A stretch of 64,000 nucleotides of DNA from Sumerlaeia bacterium (GCA_040219255.1 JAVJSW010000001.1:64001-128000), one strand, 5' to 3'. Positions 29,766 to 41,959 are shown, counted from the first letter of the stretch. The notes: generated by a model not told the origin, from the sequence alone. Numbers and translations are program-made.

Positions 29766-29825
29766 GTTGTTCTCATGTACTCCGTCTGGAAGGTCGCAAA
29801 CTGGGAAAAGGGGACTCGCCGGCTC

Positions 29826-30923
29826 TTAGCGGAATTCGCCGTCGGGGCCGATGTAGCCAGGGTAGTCGATGTAAACGTCGCTCCAGATTTCCCGATCGTT
29901 GGGGAACGGCGAGTCCTCCGCGAACTTGATCGCGTCCATCACTTCCTCTTTGATTTCCTTCTCCAACGCCTCGACCTTTTCCTCGGGGAACAGATCGGGG
30001 TATTGGGCTTCCAGACGCTTCATCGGGTCGCGAAGCTGCCACTGCGACACTTCGTCCTTGGTCCGGTAGGTCTTCGCCGGGTCGGACATCGAGTGTCCGC
30101 GATACCGATAGCACACAGCGTTGATAAAGGTCGGGCGCCCTTCTTCGATCGCGATGGTGCGCGCTTCGTCGATGGCGGCGTACATCTCCAGCACGTCCAT
30201 GCCATCAACCTTCACGCCGCGAATGCGGTACGCGCCCGGCGTGCGCAGGTGCAGCTCGGGCTCGGCACTGGCGCGATGCACCGCCGTGCCCATGCCATAC
30301 AGGTTGTTCTCGACGATGTAGATCACCGGCAGGTTCCACAACGACGCCATGTTGAGGCTCTCGTGGAAGACGCCCTGGTTCATGGCCGCTTCGCCCATGA
30401 AACAAACCGCAACGGCCTTTTCCTTGTTGTACATCAGCTTCCAGCCCACACCGGTGGCCAGCGGCACATGGCCGCCGACGATGCCGTTGCCGCCCATCAT
30501 TCCGTGGCTGACCTTGAACATGTGCATCGAACCACCCTTGCCTTTGGAGCAACCGGTGGCTTTGCCGAACAATTCGGCCATCACTTCCCGCGAGGAGCAG
30601 CCTCGGATCAAAGCCTGGCCGTGATCGCGGTACGTCTGGAAAATGTAATCTTTCTCGCCAAGAGCGGCGACCGTGCCGACACCGACGGCTTCCTGACCGA
30701 TGTACAGGTGGCAGAAGCCTTTGATCTTGCCCATCTGGTACTGCTGGGCGCACCGCTCCTCGAAGCGGCGGATCAGGAGCATCTGACGGTACATTTCCAT
30801 CAGCTTCTCCGCGGGGAGATCGACTCGGGGCTTGGGGATTGCGGACTGGGAGTCCGACACTTCGGACGAAGACGGGCTTTTGGCGTTCTTCGCCTTATCC
30901 TCTGCTTGTGCGCTCGTGGCCAT
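29826..30923 (-). CDS. pdhA: Pyruvate dehydrogenase E1 alpha subunit
   Basis: GFCHLYIGQEA, GKGGSMH, ENNLYGMGT, YRYRGHSMSDP. Confidence 0.96.
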   Translation of the reverse strand: MATSAQAEDKAKNAKSPSSSEVSDSQSAIPKPRVDLPAEKLMEMYRQMLLIRRFEERCAQQYQMGKIKGFCHLYIGQEAVGVGTVAALGEKDYIFQTYRDHGQALIRGCSSREVMAELFGKATGCSKGKGGSMHMFKVSHGMMGGNGIVGGHVPLATGVGWKLMYNKEKAVAVCFMGEAAMNQGVFHESLNMASLWNLPVIYIVENNLYGMGTAVHRASAEPELHLRTPGAYRIRGVKVDGMDVLEMYAAIDEARTIAIEEGRPTFINAVCYRYRGHSMSDPAKTYRTKDEVSQWQLRDPMKRLEAQYPDLFPEEKVEALEKEIKEEVMDAIKFAEDSPFPNDREIWSDVYIDYPGYIGPDGEFR

Positions 30924-31315
30924 AGGCATCCTTTCGAATTCCGGACAGGCCGCGCTGGGCGGCCCGCGACACAGGTCCGGCAAAATGAGAACGTGTCATC
31001 AAAAAGGCGGGATCATTGCGCAAAGCCAGATGGGCCTGCGACCGCCCCCGCGGGCCGCCAGAGCAAGAGTCGTGCAGACCACCCCGGCATCCAGCGGCGC
31101 ACTTTCGCACAATCCAACGGCCCACGATACGGGCCACCCGATCGCGCGAAAGAACCAGGGGAATTTACGGATCGCTCAAAACGCAACGCAACCGCGAAAT
31201 GCGTCCGCGGGCGCGAAGGTGTGTGGAAAGGCTTTTTCGGAAACAGAGGGAAAGCGTCGTCGCGTCGCTTGCCGAAGGGTCCAAAGTCCGACGGCGGGCG
31301 CGGGGGGACGCAAAG

Positions 31316-31354
31316 AAAAAGCCCCGCCGCACCTCGGATGGGCGGCAGGGCTTT
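31316..31354 (-). terminator. Terminator after the secretin gene
   Basis: AAAAAGCCCCGCCGC...GCGGCAGGGCTTT hairpin. Confidence 0.65.
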
Positions 31355-31408
31355 GGATTGCTCGGAATCCGCAGGCGTTGGGAAACCCGCGAAACGACCT
31401 ATGTGGAT

Positions 31409-32932
31409 TTACATCGGGAAGTCGGAGCCGGCTTCGGGAGCCGGATCGAAGGGGGCGGAGTCGCTGGTCTTCAACGTCGGCTTGATGACGATGGTGACCT
31501 TGGTGGTGGTGGTGTCGAAGACGGTTTCGCTGAAGAGCGGGTTGATGATCGGGATGTCTTTGAGGATCGGAATGCCGGTGCGGCTCTCGACCGAGTTCTG
31601 CTTGTCCAGGCCGCCGATGACGAGGGTTTCGCCGTTGCGGATGTTGGCCACGGTGGAGAGATCGCGGCTCGCGATGATCGGAATGTCGGCTTCCTTGCTG
31701 AAGCCTACGAGGCTGTTCACGACGACGTCGATGTCGAGGGTCATGCTTTCGGTGCCGATGAAGGAGAGCAGTTCGACCTTCACGCCTTCGAAGGCGTCGT
31801 CGACCACTTCGTTGAACTCGTTGAGGGAGTTGGTGGCGCCGATGTCGGGCTGCCAGACGGAGTAGGGAATGGCGCGGGTGGAGGAGATAACGGCTTTGTC
31901 GCCAGTGGCGGTGCCGCGGAGACCGCCGGCGAGGCCGCCGGGGACGTCTTCGCTGTTGACCATCGTGATCCGGGTCTTGGTGAGCACCTTGCTGTCGCCG
32001 GTCTGAACGGTGTAGTTCAGCAGTTCGGCGGCAATGCGGGCGTCAAAGGTCAGGATCGTGTCGTAGGTGGCGATTTCCTTATCGAAGAGGCCGGTGGTGC
32101 TGCCGGTGGCGGAGTAGCCGAAGGTACCCGTGACGGCGCGGCGGAAGGAACCCCAGTCGAGGCCGAGGGCGCCGTTGTCGCCCACTTCGGTCTCGTAGAT
32201 GGTGACTTCGAGTTCGACTTGCAGCGGGGGCTTGTCGAAGAGTTCGAGAGCGATGATATCATCGGCGATGTCGGTCGGGTTTTCCACGATGTAGATCGTG
32301 TTGGTGGAGTCATCGGCGAAGGGCGGGAAGAGGAACACGCCGACGTTGCCGAGTTCGGTGGCGCCAAGAATGGCGGTCAACTCGGAGGCGGTGCGGTGCT
32401 TGCCGACGTAGGCCACGGCGCCGGGGCCGCCGCCGAAGTCCTTGCCGGTCGCGTCGAAGAACCGGAAACCGGGGCGGTCGGTCTTCTCGACGATTTCGGT
32501 GATGTAGGGCTCCATGAAGTCGGGCATCGTGACGAACAGGTACTGGACAACGCGTCCACTGGCGTCCTTGACGTCGTTGGCGCCCATGACTTCCGCGATG
32601 CCGCCTTCGTACGCGAGGGTGCGCAGAAGGTAGGACTGAATCTCGATGGCTTCGGCGTTGTAGATTTCGTACACCTTGCCGATGTAGTTGTTCTTGGCCA
32701 AGCCGGGGGCAGGACGGGTCAGATCGCTGGTCTCGCGCTCCAGCGTGTCGATCGTATCGAGGTAGTAGCGGGGAATACCGCTCGCCTTCACGTTATTGAA
32801 GTCGGCGGTGGGGCCGCGGCGATTCGTTTGGATTTCGTTGGTTTGTTGGGAGAAACCAGTCGCGGCGAGAGTGAGCGCGGCGGCGGAGAAAAGGGCCGCC
32901 CGGGTTGAGGAGACTTTGAGAGTCTGCTTCAT
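31409..32932 (-). CDS. Secretin (type II/IV secretion outer-membrane pore, GspD-like)
   Basis: Signal peptide; QVELEVTIYE, LGLDW, NGETLVIGGL, GIPILKDIP..PLF. Confidence 0.88.
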   Translation of the reverse strand: MKQTLKVSSTRAALFSAAALTLAATGFSQQTNEIQTNRRGPTADFNNVKASGIPRYYLDTIDTLERETSDLTRPAPGLAKNNYIGKVYEIYNAEAIEIQSYLLRTLAYEGGIAEVMGANDVKDASGRVVQYLFVTMPDFMEPYITEIVEKTDRPGFRFFDATGKDFGGGPGAVAYVGKHRTASELTAILGATELGNVGVFLFPPFADDSTNTIYIVENPTDIADDIIALELFDKPPLQVELEVTIYETEVGDNGALGLDWGSFRRAVTGTFGYSATGSTTGLFDKEIATYDTILTFDARIAAELLNYTVQTGDSKVLTKTRITMVNSEDVPGGLAGGLRGTATGDKAVISSTRAIPYSVWQPDIGATNSLNEFNEVVDDAFEGVKVELLSFIGTESMTLDIDVVVNSLVGFSKEADIPIIASRDLSTVANIRNGETLVIGGLDKQNSVESRTGIPILKDIPIINPLFSETVFDTTTTKVTIVIKPTLKTSDSAPFDPAPEAGSDFPM

Positions 32933-33091
32933 AGTTTGTCGCTTCCATCAATTGGGATGGCCAGGATGTGGCGAACCTAACAGTTGAGAAACAACGAAAG
33001 ATTGCGGCTAAGACAAATTTGGAGCGGTACGGTATTCTCGCATGTTTTTATTGCAATAATTTGCACCTACCGTCCCTAAATCAAAAGCCAC

Positions 33092-33985
33092 TCACTTTTC
33101 CCTCAAAAATTCGCTCAGGACGGACTGGAAGGCGTCGGCTTTCTCCATCCATGGAAAGTGGCCACACTCAGGGATCCGCACGTGTTTCGCATGGCTGGGA
33201 AGAACTTCCATCCACATGTCGCCGATGCTCGCCGGCATCGCGTCTTCGGCTCCGCCGATTTGATAAACCGGCCTGTCGAGCTGCTTCAAATCCAAAAACC
33301 AGCCGGTTTCCCCATAAAGTTTTTCCACGCTCGCCGTCGTATCCCGGTGTACGGGCCAGCTAAATGCCGCAAGCCCAGGCTTTCCCGCCGCATTACTGGG
33401 CGCGAAATAGCCCTGATTCAGGAGCGCGTAGCGCTGGGCGTAGTGGCTGTTCACCTCGTCCTCACTGGGATGGGAAAGACCTTCCAGATGCGCGTCGAGA
33501 TGGCGCAACTTCTCCTGACCTTCGGGACCCAGGCGCTCCCAAAGCGCGGCGTCGCGTTCCTCCTGCCAGCCACCGCGAGGCCCCATCGGACAGATCAGCA
33601 TCAGGCGCTCGACCCGTTCGAGGTGCTGGCTGGCGTAGTACGCCGCCAGGAATCCGCCCCAACTGTGCGCCAGCAGCCCGATCTTTTCGAAGCCGCCCAG
33701 AACCTCGTCCAGCTCGCGCCGCACCGCCTCGATGTCGTCGCTGTTGGCCTGCACGGTGAAAGGCCCGTCGCTCGGCGATCCGGGACAGCCACGCTGGATG
33801 ATCCCCACCGGGCGGTAGCCCGCGTCCCGCAAAGGCGGCCCGAACGCCTTCGACAAGTAATCCGTCACGCCCGGTCCTCCGTGGATCAGGAACATCGGCT
33901 TCAGGTCGGAATCGTCCACCCGCACGCGGACCGAGCCGCCGTCGACGGGAACGCTGCGCATGTGGTGTTGGGGAATGTCGGGCAT
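33092..33985 (-). CDS. Alpha/beta hydrolase (proline iminopeptidase-like)
   Basis: HGGPG, AHSWGG, G.ED, GHFPW.E; RBS GAGGAG. Confidence 0.88.
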   Translation of the reverse strand: MPDIPQHHMRSVPVDGGSVRVRVDDSDLKPMFLIHGGPGVTDYLSKAFGPPLRDAGYRPVGIIQRGCPGSPSDGPFTVQANSDDIEAVRRELDEVLGGFEKIGLLAHSWGGFLAAYYASQHLERVERLMLICPMGPRGGWQEERDAALWERLGPEGQEKLRHLDAHLEGLSHPSEDEVNSHYAQRYALLNQGYFAPSNAAGKPGLAAFSWPVHRDTTASVEKLYGETGWFLDLKQLDRPVYQIGGAEDAMPASIGDMWMEVLPSHAKHVRIPECGHFPWMEKADAFQSVLSEFLREK

Positions 33986-34211
33986 GATGGGCTCCTCGGC
34001 CAGGATCGGGATAGGGTAGGGAAACGGTATGCCGGAAGCGTACCAGGGGGGAAAGAGTACAAACATCCTCTGACGCTATTCCGTAAGAAAATTCCGCTAT
34101 TACAGAATTGATCGGTCCAAGTCTTTGTGTTCTCCTGAATCAATTCTGGACCGTCCCATGGCCTCCCTTGGCCGGTCCCCCGAATGCCACACTGAAATAA
34201 GGACTTCATCG

Positions 34212-36263
34212 ATGCGCTTTTCCACATCCTCCGGCGCCCTTGCCCTTGGAGCCCTCCTCCTGGCTGGCCCGGCGCTTGCCCAGGACTCCCCCGCCGCCCA
34301 CACCGTCACCTCGCCCGGCGACATCCACACGGTGACCTTCACCCTGCGCGACGGCGCGCCCTTCTACCGCGTCGATCGGCTCGGCGCGCCCTTGATCCTC
34401 GACTCGCGCCTGGGTCTGGTGCTCAAGGACGGTCCGAGCATGGACGCCGATTTCACGGTCGCCGATTCCTCGACTCGCTCCTTCGACGAAACCTGGACCA
34501 CGGTCTGGGGAGAATCCGACTCCATCCGCAACAACTACAACGAACTGCGCGTCCAGCTCCGTAGCGACACCCAGCCCCCGCGCACCCTCGACATCGTCTT
34601 CCGCGCTTTCGACGACGGCGTCGGGCTGCGCTACGAAGTGCCAGAGCAGGAAGGCCTCGGCGCCTTCGAAATCATGGACGAGTTGACCGAGTTCGCCATG
34701 ACCGGCGACCACATGGCCTGGTGGATCGGCGCCTATCAGGACAACCGCTACGAGTACCTGACCAACCACACTCCCGTCAGCGAATTCGAAACCGCGATTA
34801 CCCCACTGACGATGGAGACCGACGACGGCGTCGCCATCGCGATCCACGAGGCCGCACTGCTGAATTATTCGAGCATGACGCTGCGTTCGACCGGTAACGC
34901 GACCCTGGAGGCGGACCTGATTCCCTGGTCCGATGGCGTGCGCGTCAAGACGGCGGCGCCGATGGTGACGCCTTGGCGCACGATCCAGGCGAGCGACGGC
35001 CCCGGAGGCCTGATCGAGTCGGACCTGGTCCTCAACCTCAACGAACCCAACAAGATCGAGGACACGTCCTGGATCGAGCCGGGCAAGTACGTCGGCATCT
35101 GGTGGGAAATGCACCTGGGCACCTCCTCCTGGTCCATTGGCGAGACGCATGGCGCCACCACGGAAAACACGAAGCGCTACATCGATTTCGCCGCCGAGCA
35201 TGGATTCTCCGGTGTGCTCGTTGAGGGCTGGAACAAGGGCTGGGAGCAGGGCTGGGTCGGCACCGGCGATCACTTCAGCTTCACCGATCCCTACCCGGAT
35301 TTCGACCTGGAGTACCTGGCGAAGTACGCCGTGGAGAAGGGCACGCGGCTGATCGGCCACCACGAAACGGGCGGCGGCATCGAGAACTACGAGCGCCAGA
35401 TGGCCGATGCTTACGCGCTCTACAACGACCTGGGCGTTCGCGCGGTGAAGACCGGCTACGTGGCCTTTGGCCCGAACCTGCAACGTACCGGCGCCGACGG
35501 CCAGAAACACGGCGAATGGCACCATGGTCAATGGATGGTCGAGCATTACCAACGCTCGGTCGAAGAAGCCGCCAAACACCAGGTGATGGTCAACATCCAC
35601 GAACCTATCAAAGACACCGGCATCCGCCGCACCTGGCCCAACCTGATGACCCGCGAAGGCGCCCGGGGCCAGGAGTACAACGCTTGGAACGAGGAAGGTA
35701 GCAACCCGCCGGACCACACGGTCATCGTGCCGTTCACGCGCATGCTGGGCGGGCCCTTCGATTACACGCCGGGCATCGTGGAGCTTCTCCTTCCCGCCCG
35801 CCCCAACAACCGCATCCAGGCCACACTGGCCCGGGAACTGGCCCACTACGTGACGATCTACAGCCCGCTGCAGATGGCCGCCGACCTGCCGGAAAACTAC
35901 GAGGCCCATCCCGAACCCTTCGCCTTCATCAAGGCCGTCCCCGCCGATTGGGCGGAGACGCGGGTCCTGCACGCGGAAATCGGCGACTACCTGACCATGG
36001 TGCGCAAGGACCGCGACAGCGAAGACTGGTACCTGGGCAGCACCACCGACGAGCACGGACGCCTGCTCAAGGCCCCGCTCGCGTTTCTGACGCCGGGTGT
36101 GACTTACACGGCGCAAATCTATCGCGACAGCGCCGACGCCGATTGGGAATCCAATCCCTACGGCTTCATCGTGGAAGAAAAGACCGTGACCAGCGCCGAC
36201 GTGCTGGATCTGCGACTGGCGCCCGGAGGCGGCCAAGCGATCCGCTTCACCCCGGCCGAGTGA
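34212..36263 (+). CDS. Glycoside hydrolase family 97 (SusB-like alpha-glucosidase), secreted
   Basis: PGKYVGIWWEMH, VLVEGWN, HHETG, VKTGYV, REGARGQEY, GPFDYTPG. Confidence 0.93.
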   Translation: MRFSTSSGALALGALLLAGPALAQDSPAAHTVTSPGDIHTVTFTLRDGAPFYRVDRLGAPLILDSRLGLVLKDGPSMDADFTVADSSTRSFDETWTTVWGESDSIRNNYNELRVQLRSDTQPPRTLDIVFRAFDDGVGLRYEVPEQEGLGAFEIMDELTEFAMTGDHMAWWIGAYQDNRYEYLTNHTPVSEFETAITPLTMETDDGVAIAIHEAALLNYSSMTLRSTGNATLEADLIPWSDGVRVKTAAPMVTPWRTIQASDGPGGLIESDLVLNLNEPNKIEDTSWIEPGKYVGIWWEMHLGTSSWSIGETHGATTENTKRYIDFAAEHGFSGVLVEGWNKGWEQGWVGTGDHFSFTDPYPDFDLEYLAKYAVEKGTRLIGHHETGGGIENYERQMADAYALYNDLGVRAVKTGYVAFGPNLQRTGADGQKHGEWHHGQWMVEHYQRSVEEAAKHQVMVNIHEPIKDTGIRRTWPNLMTREGARGQEYNAWNEEGSNPPDHTVIVPFTRMLGGPFDYTPGIVELLLPARPNNRIQATLARELAHYVTIYSPLQMAADLPENYEAHPEPFAFIKAVPADWAETRVLHAEIGDYLTMVRKDRDSEDWYLGSTTDEHGRLLKAPLAFLTPGVTYTAQIYRDSADADWESNPYGFIVEEKTVTSADVLDLRLAPGGGQAIRFTPAE

Positions 36264-36275
36264 TCCCGTGGCGGC

Positions 36276-37310
36276 TCAGTGAGACGCCGCCACTTCCTTC
36301 TCGAACTTCCCTTCACCCTCAAGCAAGACCGGCCGCACCACGTCCCGCCAGAGTTCATAGCCCTGGCGGTTCATGTGCAGCATGTCCTCGACGAAGAGTT
36401 CGGGGCGGGGCGCGCCGTCCGCGCCGAGCATCGGCGCCGCGACATCGAGGAACGTCACGCGATAATCGCGCTTCGCTTCCTCGGCGAAGAGGGCGTTCAT
36501 TTCCGCCACTTGCTCGGCGAAACCGGCGCGCGAAGGGCTGGGCTTGACCGCCAGCACGTACACCCGGGTGCCCGGCAAGCGGACCTCGAGGAGCGCCATG
36601 AAGTCTTGGAACTTTTCCAGGATGGTTTCGGGGAAGACACCGTGGGCGATGTCGTTGTCGCCTTCGTAGAGCAGGATCGCCCGCGGCTTGTAGGGCGTCA
36701 CCACTTCATCGAAGTAATGCACCGCATCGTTCATCATGCTGCCGCCAAAGCCGCGGGGCAAGACGGTCAAGGGGGCGAGGTCTTCCTGGATGTGATCGTG
36801 CCAGTGAACGATGCTCGACGACCCGAGCGCCAGCACGCCGCCGGGGGCGGGCATGGCCTGAGCGTCCTGCGCCTTGAAGCGGTCGATATCCTCGCGCCAC
36901 CGCTCTGGATCGGGATAGGGCACTTCATTGCTGAGGTCGCGGAAGCGATGCACATAGGCGGAAACTTCCGTGTCGTCCTGCACCAGAACGCGGAAGTTGT
37001 CCGGGACGTTGAAGTCCGCGGTGAGCATTTCCTGCTCCCAAGTGCCCAGGGTGAACTTGAACTCGACGAGGGTACCGCCAGGGACGACGAGATCGGCCTC
37101 GCGGCGGGTGCCTTCACCGTGCATCAGCTTGCCCTGCGGATGCCAATTGCGCAGCGAGTCGAGATTCCCGGCGATGTAGACGTCGCCGCTCTCCGGCGGC
37201 ACAACGGCGGTGACCCGCAATGTCCGGGTCGTGGGCAAATCTTGGGCCGCGAGAGGCCCCCAAACGGCCATCAGCAGGCCCAGCAATACGAACAATCTTG
37301 GAACGCGCAT
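36276..37310 (-). CDS. Secreted CBM20-like + SGNH/GDSL hydrolase fusion
   Basis: VYIAGNL..L.NW.P...VEFKFTLGTW (CBM20-like), then GSSS, RGFGGS, YEGDND, DMLH (SGNH blocks). Confidence 0.82.
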   Translation of the reverse strand: MRVPRLFVLLGLLMAVWGPLAAQDLPTTRTLRVTAVVPPESGDVYIAGNLDSLRNWHPQGKLMHGEGTRREADLVVPGGTLVEFKFTLGTWEQEMLTADFNVPDNFRVLVQDDTEVSAYVHRFRDLSNEVPYPDPERWREDIDRFKAQDAQAMPAPGGVLALGSSSIVHWHDHIQEDLAPLTVLPRGFGGSMMNDAVHYFDEVVTPYKPRAILLYEGDNDIAHGVFPETILEKFQDFMALLEVRLPGTRVYVLAVKPSPSRAGFAEQVAEMNALFAEEAKRDYRVTFLDVAAPMLGADGAPRPELFVEDMLHMNRQGYELWRDVVRPVLLEGEGKFEKEVAASH

Positions 37311-37461
37311 CCTCAGTTTCCTATCGGGGATCGGATTTTCAACGTTTGTACCGATCCAGGAAAAGGCCATCAGAGTCAACGGACAATAATAAAATATCCC
37401 GCTTTTCAATAAGCAAAACGGGATACTCACCATCCGACCGAGGCTGACAGAGCAGGGTTTC

Positions 37462-38823
<1,362 letters not shown>

Positions 38824-38917
38824 AGTAACTCGACGGACAGGTTCGGCTTCGATCCTTGTGGGAATGGAGCCCGGAGGCCGGGCCTTTCGCGAGGAAATCA
38901 GAGGGGGTGGCTACGCG

Positions 38918-41800
38918 TCAGGGCAGTTTACTGACGATCGATTCGCTGCGGGGCGAGTCCGAATCTTCCGCCCGCGCGGAAAAAGCTTCCGCCAGAATAC
39001 GGGCCTGCTCGGCGTTGTGCCGATTCAGTGAACCCACCGAGGGGCTGGCCGCCACATTCCGGCCCACATAGGTCACATGGCCGAACTGCTCGCGCAGCAG
39101 CGGTTCGATGAAGCGCCACGCTCCGCGATTGAGCGGCTCTTCCTGACACCAAACCAGATCCGCGCCCTTCTCCAGGTATGGCCCCACAATGCCGGCCATC
39201 AGCTTCTTGTGGTACGGATAGAACTGCTCGACGCGCACCAGAGCCACATCGTCGACGCCCTGCTCCTCGCGATACGCGGCCAGATCGTAGTAGACCTTGC
39301 CGCCACAGAGCACCACGCGGCGCACCGCGCCGGGCTTCTTGCCGGTCGGGTCGTCCTTGATTTCCTGGAAGGTGCCGTTCACCAGATCGTCCACCGTGGA
39401 GACGGCGCGCGGGTGGCGCAGCAGGCTCTTGGGCGACATCAGGATCAGGGGCTTGCGGAAGTCGCGCTTCATCTGGCGCCGCAGAAGATGGAAGTACTGG
39501 GCCGGGGTCGTCGCGTTGCAGACCTGGATATTCTCGTCCGCGCAGAGCGACAGGAACCGGTCGAGCCAGGCGTTGCTGTGCTCCGGGCCCTGGCCTTCGT
39601 AGCCGTGCGGCAGCAGCAGGACGAGGCCACTGCCGCGCCCCCACTTCGATTCGCCGCTGATGATGAACTGATCGATGATGACTTGGGCGCCGTTGACGAA
39701 GTCGCCGAACTGCGCTTCCCAGCAGATCAGCATGTCCGGGTTGTCGAGCGAGTAGCCATAGTCGAAGCCGAGGACGCTGGCTTCCGACAGGGGGCTGTCG
39801 TAACAGCAGAAGCGCGCCTGTTTGCCCGGCCGGACGTTGTTCAGCGGCATGTAGCCTTCGGCCGATTTCGTGTCCCAGATCATCGCGTGGCGCTGGCTGA
39901 AGGTGCCCCGCCGGCTGTCCTGGCCGCTGATGCGAACCGGGATGTTCTCCAGCAGCAGCGAACCGATGGCGAGGCCTTCGCCGGTGGCCCAATCGATGGT
40001 GCCGCCTTCCGTCGAAACGCCTTCCCATCGCTTGTCGAACACGCCGCGGCGCTTCTTCGGGTCCGAAAGCTTCTTGTGAACGTGGAAGCCTTCGGGGAAT
40101 TCGTGCCAGATTTTCGCCACCGCGATCAGATCCTCGCGGCTTACCCGCGTGTCCACCGGATCGAAGGTGTAGCCGCGCTTGAACATGCGCCAGGTATCGC
40201 CCGAGAAAGCCCGCAGCGCCGTCTGAATCTTGGCGTCCTTCGCGCGCTCGTGCGCCGCCGCCAATTCGCTGTCCAACTCCTTCTCCATCGCCTCGAGCCG
40301 ATCCATCGGCACGACTTCTTCCTCGATCAGGGTCTTCTTGTAGATCTCATAGGTGGACGGATGGTTCTTGATGGCCTGATACATCTGGGGTTGGGTGAAG
40401 CCAGGCTCGTCGCCTTCGTTGTGACCGAGGCGCCGGTAACACACCAAGTCGATCACCACGTCCTTGTGGAAGCGCTGGCGGAATTCGACGGCGATTTCCG
40501 CCGCCTGGAGCACCGCGTCCGGGTCGTCGGCGTTCACGTGGAAAATCGGCGCCTGCACCATCTTCGCCACGTCCGTCGGATAGCGCGTCGAGCGCCCTTC
40601 CTCCGGCGAGGTGGTGAAGCCGATCTGGTTGTTGACAATGACGTGGATGGTGCCGCCGGTGGCGTAACCCTTGAGCTGGCTGTAGTTCAGGATTTCCGCC
40701 ACGATGCCCTGGCCCGCGAAGGCCGCGTCGCCGTGGATCAGCAGCGGCATGACCCGCACCCGCTCCATGTCGTTCAGGCGGCGCTGCTTGCCGCGCACCC
40801 GGCCCTGCACGACCGGGTTCACGGCCTCCAGGTGGCTGGGATTGGCGGTCAGGCTCAGGTGAACGTCCTGGCCGTGATAGGTCGTCCAGTCGGTCGAATA
40901 GCCCTTGTGATACTTCACGTCGCCGTCACCGAAGACCTGGCCTTCGGAGTAGTTGTCCTCGAAATCCGAAAAGATTTCCTCATGGCTTTTCTGCAGGATA
41001 TTTGCCAGCACGTTCAGCCGCCCGCGGTGCGCCATGCCGAGGACGATCTCCTCGATGCCTTCGAGGCCCGCTTTTTCGACGATGGTGTCGAGGGTCGGAA
41101 TCAGGGTCTCGCCACCTTCCAGGCTGAAGCGCTTCTGGCCAACGTAGGTGGTGTGGAGGAACTTCTCGAAAGCCTCGGCTTGGCGGAGACAGCGCGCCAC
41201 GCGCAGCTTCTTGCCCGGTGCGGCATCCGTTTTGTTCAGGAACGGCTCCATACGCTTCTGCAGCCAGCGGCGCTCCGGCGTGTTCTGGATGTGCATGTAC
41301 TCCACGCCGATGGTCTGACAGTAGATCGTCTTGAGCGAGTCGATGATCGCCCGCAACGTCATGCGCGCCGGACCGAAGAGCAGTTTGTCGGCGTGGAACT
41401 CCATGTCGAGGTGCTCGGGGCCGAGATCGAAGTTCTCGAGGTCGAGCAGCGGGTGCGTTTCACTGTTGATGCGGCCCAGCGGATCGATCCGGGCGATCAG
41501 GTGGCCCAAGTCGCGATAGTGGTAAATGAGCGAGTCGACGCGCGATTGCAGGCGTTCGAGGGCGGAATCGCCCAGCGGTGCGGCGGCGGGAGAAGCCGCG
41601 GCGGTCACCGTCGCGGCAGCCGCGGAGGCGCCTTCCTCCTCCAGCCGCGTTTGACCGAGGTCGAAGCCCTGGAAAAAGGGATGCCAGCTCTGGTCCACGC
41701 TGGAGGGATCGTCCAGCCATTGGCGATAGAGGTGGTCCACGTAGTCGCTGTTCCAGCCATTGACCGAGCCAGTCCAGCCTTGCTGCTCTGTTTCCTGCAT
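38918..41800 (-). CDS. sucA: 2-oxoglutarate dehydrogenase E1
   Basis: KRFSLEGGE, GMAHRGRLN, HGDAAFAGQG, WEAQFGDF, PHGYEGQGPEHS. Confidence 0.97.
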   Translation of the reverse strand: MQETEQQGWTGSVNGWNSDYVDHLYRQWLDDPSSVDQSWHPFFQGFDLGQTRLEEEGASAAAATVTAAASPAAAPLGDSALERLQSRVDSLIYHYRDLGHLIARIDPLGRINSETHPLLDLENFDLGPEHLDMEFHADKLLFGPARMTLRAIIDSLKTIYCQTIGVEYMHIQNTPERRWLQKRMEPFLNKTDAAPGKKLRVARCLRQAEAFEKFLHTTYVGQKRFSLEGGETLIPTLDTIVEKAGLEGIEEIVLGMAHRGRLNVLANILQKSHEEIFSDFEDNYSEGQVFGDGDVKYHKGYSTDWTTYHGQDVHLSLTANPSHLEAVNPVVQGRVRGKQRRLNDMERVRVMPLLIHGDAAFAGQGIVAEILNYSQLKGYATGGTIHVIVNNQIGFTTSPEEGRSTRYPTDVAKMVQAPIFHVNADDPDAVLQAAEIAVEFRQRFHKDVVIDLVCYRRLGHNEGDEPGFTQPQMYQAIKNHPSTYEIYKKTLIEEEVVPMDRLEAMEKELDSELAAAHERAKDAKIQTALRAFSGDTWRMFKRGYTFDPVDTRVSREDLIAVAKIWHEFPEGFHVHKKLSDPKKRRGVFDKRWEGVSTEGGTIDWATGEGLAIGSLLLENIPVRISGQDSRRGTFSQRHAMIWDTKSAEGYMPLNNVRPGKQARFCCYDSPLSEASVLGFDYGYSLDNPDMLICWEAQFGDFVNGAQVIIDQFIISGESKWGRGSGLVLLLPHGYEGQGPEHSNAWLDRFLSLCADENIQVCNATTPAQYFHLLRRQMKRDFRKPLILMSPKSLLRHPRAVSTVDDLVNGTFQEIKDDPTGKKPGAVRRVVLCGGKVYYDLAAYREEQGVDDVALVRVEQFYPYHKKLMAGIVGPYLEKGADLVWCQEEPLNRGAWRFIEPLLREQFGHVTYVGRNVAASPSVGSLNRHNAEQARILAEAFSARAEDSDSPRSESIVSKLP

Positions 41801-41906
41801 GCCCGCATGCCTCGCGATGGTCCGCCAACCGATTGACGGAAAATGATTGATATCAGACGATCCGGGGCGTGAAGACGCACCGGAAACCGCTTTAGCGGCA
41901 GCGAAG

Positions 41907-41933
41907 ATCATACCGCGCGCCCTGGAATGTCAA
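41907..41933 (-). promoter_or_regulatory. Candidate sigma70 promoter for sucAB
   Basis: TTGACA-N15-TATGAT on the - strand; the spacer is short. Confidence 0.4.
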
Positions 41934-41959
41934 GGCACGCTCACATCTCTCCGGGCCGC

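Noticed and set aside
33045-33070. Sigma54-like GG...TTGC upstream of the secretin gene
   Set aside because: GG-to-GC spacing is 11 nt rather than the required 10.
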